64,000 bases of DNA from an uncultured Bacteroidota bacterium (lineage in GTDB: Bacteria; Bacteroidota; Bacteroidia; Bacteroidales; P3), in NCBI GenBank assembly GCA_902790215.1, contig CADAQX010000021.1, positions 3,601 through 67,600 of the forward strand, given 5' to 3'. The notes under the pieces are model-generated. The model was given only the letters and a program-made list of their open reading frames with translations, was not told the origin of the DNA and did not search any database. Below, piece after piece: positions 61,638-64,000 of this stretch (positions within the stretch are counted from its first letter, which is position 1; every line of letters begins with the position of its first letter). Position numbers and translations under genes: made by a program.

Positions 61638-64000
61638 ATGTCGAAAAAGAAAAAGGCCAAGAAACCAGTGCGTCCGACGAGCCGACTGATAGAGTTCTGG
61701 CGCACACAGCGCTGCCGTAAACTGCGTGGCTCGTGCTATATTCTCATCTCTCTTTTCCTCGCCGTTGCCATGATCTCGTTCTTCGCCTCATGGCCCTCGC
61801 ACGCCAACTGGCTCGGCGCAGTGGGTTATCACCTTTCCGCGTTCCTGATACAATTCACCTTCGGCATAGCCTCCTTCGGCTTTGCCTTCCTGCTGTTTGT
61901 CTATGGCCTGCGCCTGTGGAACAAGCACATCCTTCCCTGGCAGAAAACCCTCTGGAGCACACTGTTCTGGATGATATGGATTTCGTCGGTGCTGGGATAC
62001 TGCTTCGGTCGGTGGGGAAAGGGGAACATTGTCTTTGGCAATTACGCGGGAGTCACCGGCACATTTATTGCCGAGCAGTGCTACCACCTCATCAAATGGG
62101 GCACGCTGGTCTTTTTCGCCTTCCTTGCCGTCGTATTCCTGGTGTTTGTGCATAAGATGAAGATTCAGGCGCCGAAGGTGAACATCCCGTTGCCCGACAT
62201 CAAGAACCTCATGCCCAAACGCAGCGACAGCCCCGACATCGAGCCGGCACCCGTGGCCGACACCCCGGACGCCGACACCGCCGAGCCCACTCCTGTCCCC
62301 ACGCACGAGAGCGAAAAAATAACCTTTTCCATCGACGACGAGTTCAGCCGCACGGTACAGCGCGCCCAAGGCAATACCGACGCCGCTGCCGCAGTCCCTG
62401 CCCAGCAGCCCGCAGAACAAAAGCCCGTGGCCTTCACCATCACCGACAACCAGACGGGCACACCTCAACCCGAAGAGGAGTCCGCCCACTACTCCGAATT
62501 CGAGAACGTCCATACCAGCCACCACTATACAGCCGACGAACTCTACGACCCCCATTTGGACCTGAAACAGTATGAGATGCCCACTACCGACCTGCTGACC
62601 GACTGGGAGGTACGCAATGTGAAGGTGTCGAAAGAGGAACTGGTGGCCAACAAAGACCGCATTGTCGAGACCCTGCGCAACTACAATATCGAGATTGTCG
62701 AAATCAGCGCCTCGCCGGGTCCCACAGTCACCCTCTATGAGATAAAACCGGCTCCCGGCATACGCATCTCCAAAATCAAGAGCCTTGAAGACGACATCGC
62801 CCTCAGCCTCTCCGCTCTCGGCATCCGCATCATAGCCCCAATCCCCGGCAAGGGGACCGTCGGCATCGAGGTGCCCAATGCCAAGCCACAGATTGTGTCG
62901 ATGAAGAGCATGCTGGAATGCGACGCCTTCCGCAACAGCGGCAAGATGGAGCTCCCCATTGCTTTTGGCAAAACCATCAGCAACGACCCCTTCGTCACCG
63001 ACCTAGCCAAGATGCCCCACCTGCTTATGGCTGGTGCCACCGGCACAGGTAAATCCGTCGGCCTCAACGCCGTCATCGCCTCTCTGCTTTTCAAGAAACA
63101 CCCCTCGGAGCTGAAATTCGTCATGGTGGACCCCAAGAAAGTGGAGCTCTCACTTTACAACAAGATAGAACGCCACTATCTTGCCAAACTCCCCGACAGC
63201 GAGGATGCCATCATCACAGATGTAAAGAAAGTGGTGCGCACGCTCAACTCCCTCTGCATCGAGATGGACCAGCGCTACGACCTGCTCCGCCTCGCCGGAG
63301 TACGCAAGATAACCGAGTACAACGACAAGTTCATCCACCGTCACCTCAACCCCGAGAACGGTCACCGTTTCCTGCCCTACATCGTCCTTGTCATCGACGA
63401 GTTTGCCGACCTCATCATGACCGCCGGCAAAGAGGTGGAAATGCCCATCTGCCGCCTTGCACAGCTGGCACGTGCCGTGGGCATACACCTCATCATCGCC
63501 ACACAGCGTCCCACCACCAACATCATCACCGGCACCATCAAGGCCAACTTCCCCGCCCGCATCGCCTTCAAGGTGACCAGCGGCATCGACTCCCGAACCA
63601 TCCTCGACTGCAGCGGAGCCCAACGCCTCATCGGTCGCGGCGACATGCTCATATCCCTTTCCGGCGCCGACCTTGTGCGCATCCAGTGTGCCCTTATCGA
63701 AACCGACGAGATTGAAGAGCTTGCCGACTTCATCGGGTCGCAGCGCGGCTATCCCGACGGCTTCCTGCTGCCGGAATACCTCGACGAGAACGAAGAGCCC
63801 AACAAAGACTTCGACCCGAAGCAGAAAGACGAGTTCTTCAACGATGCGGCACGGCTCGTCGTGGCCAGCCAGTTCGGCTCCACATCCCTGCTGCAACGCA
63901 AACTGCAACTGGGCTACAACCGGGCAGGCAGGATAATAGACCAGCTCGAAGCCGCAGGCATCGTCGGCCCCTACAACGGCTCCAAGGCCCGCGAAGTGCT
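61638..64000 (+). CDS. ftsK: DNA translocase FtsK/SpoIIIE (3' end beyond the window)
   Basis: My own translation from the ATG at 61638 stays open to the window end. It has N-terminal TM helices, a Pro/Asp-rich linker, Walker A GATGTGKS, VLVIDEFADL, IIATQRP and the gamma-domain segment LLQRKLQLGYNRAGRIIDQLE. It is absent from the ORF track because there is no stop in the window. Confidence 0.9.
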   Translation, partial: MSKKKKAKKPVRPTSRLIEFWRTQRCRKLRGSCYILISLFLAVAMISFFASWPSHANWLGAVGYHLSAFLIQFTFGIASFGFAFLLFVYGLRLWNKHILPWQKTLWSTLFWMIWISSVLGYCFGRWGKGNIVFGNYAGVTGTFIAEQCYHLIKWGTLVFFAFLAVVFLVFVHKMKIQAPKVNIPLPDIKNLMPKRSDSPDIEPAPVADTPDADTAEPTPVPTHESEKITFSIDDEFSRTVQRAQGNTDAAAAVPAQQPAEQKPVAFTITDNQTGTPQPEEESAHYSEFENVHTSHHYTADELYDPHLDLKQYEMPTTDLLTDWEVRNVKVSKEELVANKDRIVETLRNYNIEIVEISASPGPTVTLYEIKPAPGIRISKIKSLEDDIALSLSALGIRIIAPIPGKGTVGIEVPNAKPQIVSMKSMLECDAFRNSGKMELPIAFGKTISNDPFVTDLAKMPHLLMAGATGTGKSVGLNAVIASLLFKKHPSELKFVMVDPKKVELSLYNKIERHYLAKLPDSEDAIITDVKKVVRTLNSLCIEMDQRYDLLRLAGVRKITEYNDKFIHRHLNPENGHRFLPYIVLVIDEFADLIMTAGKEVEMPICRLAQLARAVGIHLIIATQRPTTNIITGTIKANFPARIAFKVTSGIDSRTILDCSGAQRLIGRGDMLISLSGADLVRIQCALIETDEIEELADFIGSQRGYPDGFLLPEYLDENEEPNKDFDPKQKDEFFNDAARLVVASQFGSTSLLQRKLQLGYNRAGRIIDQLEAAGIVGPYNGSKAREV

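Noticed and set aside
61733-62155. 140-aa + strand ORF near the ftsK start.
   Set aside because: It lies out of frame inside the ftsK N-terminal membrane domain. The ftsK frame from 61638 is open to the window end and contains all the translocase motifs.

Overview
This looks like a chromosomal segment from a high-GC Bacteroidota (Bacteroidales-like) genome. That assignment is an inference from three things: TAnnTTTG -7 promoter boxes in front of most genes, five proteins ending in T9SS C-terminal sorting domains, and a complete Bat aerotolerance operon.

Most of the window is housekeeping: comB, trmO, rnz, prs, rplY, era, nadE, ruvC, tyrS, ftsK (3' end runs off the window), a Pif1-type helicase, transporters, two glycosyltransferases and one tRNA-Leu(CAA). 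The 40.6-51.1 kb block is moxR-DUF58-membrane protein-batABCDE, followed by WG-repeat and RseC-like genes. Secreted T9SS cargo is unusually dense: a PPAD/agmatine-deiminase-like enzyme, an MBG/YDG adhesin, a beta-propeller protein, a 1305-aa C10 (SpeB-like) protease and one unknown.

I found no CRISPR array, rRNA, transposase, integrase or recognisable defence system.

The parts that gene annotation does not explain are all non-coding or structural:
1. A dispersed intergenic repeat of about 230-305 nt, in two subtypes and six copies. All copies share 11-bp direct repeats plus a TTTTCCCTTT/AAAGGGAAAA inverted repeat. Subtype 2 ends in a promoter-like box identical to the tRNA-Leu promoter core.
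2. A 3.1-kb AT-rich cassette (55.56-58.65 kb) bracketed by 38-nt direct repeats taken from that element. It carries a frameshifted secreted-protein gene and a T9SS cargo gene whose GC content switches mid-gene.
3. Several families of intergenic hairpins whose arms are short tandem 'words', sometimes nested one inside another.
4. A structured-RNA candidate upstream of the Na+/solute symporter operon.
5. A secreted caspase-fold protein with Ser at the expected catalytic Cys position.

All functional calls come from motif recognition by eye. No database search was run.
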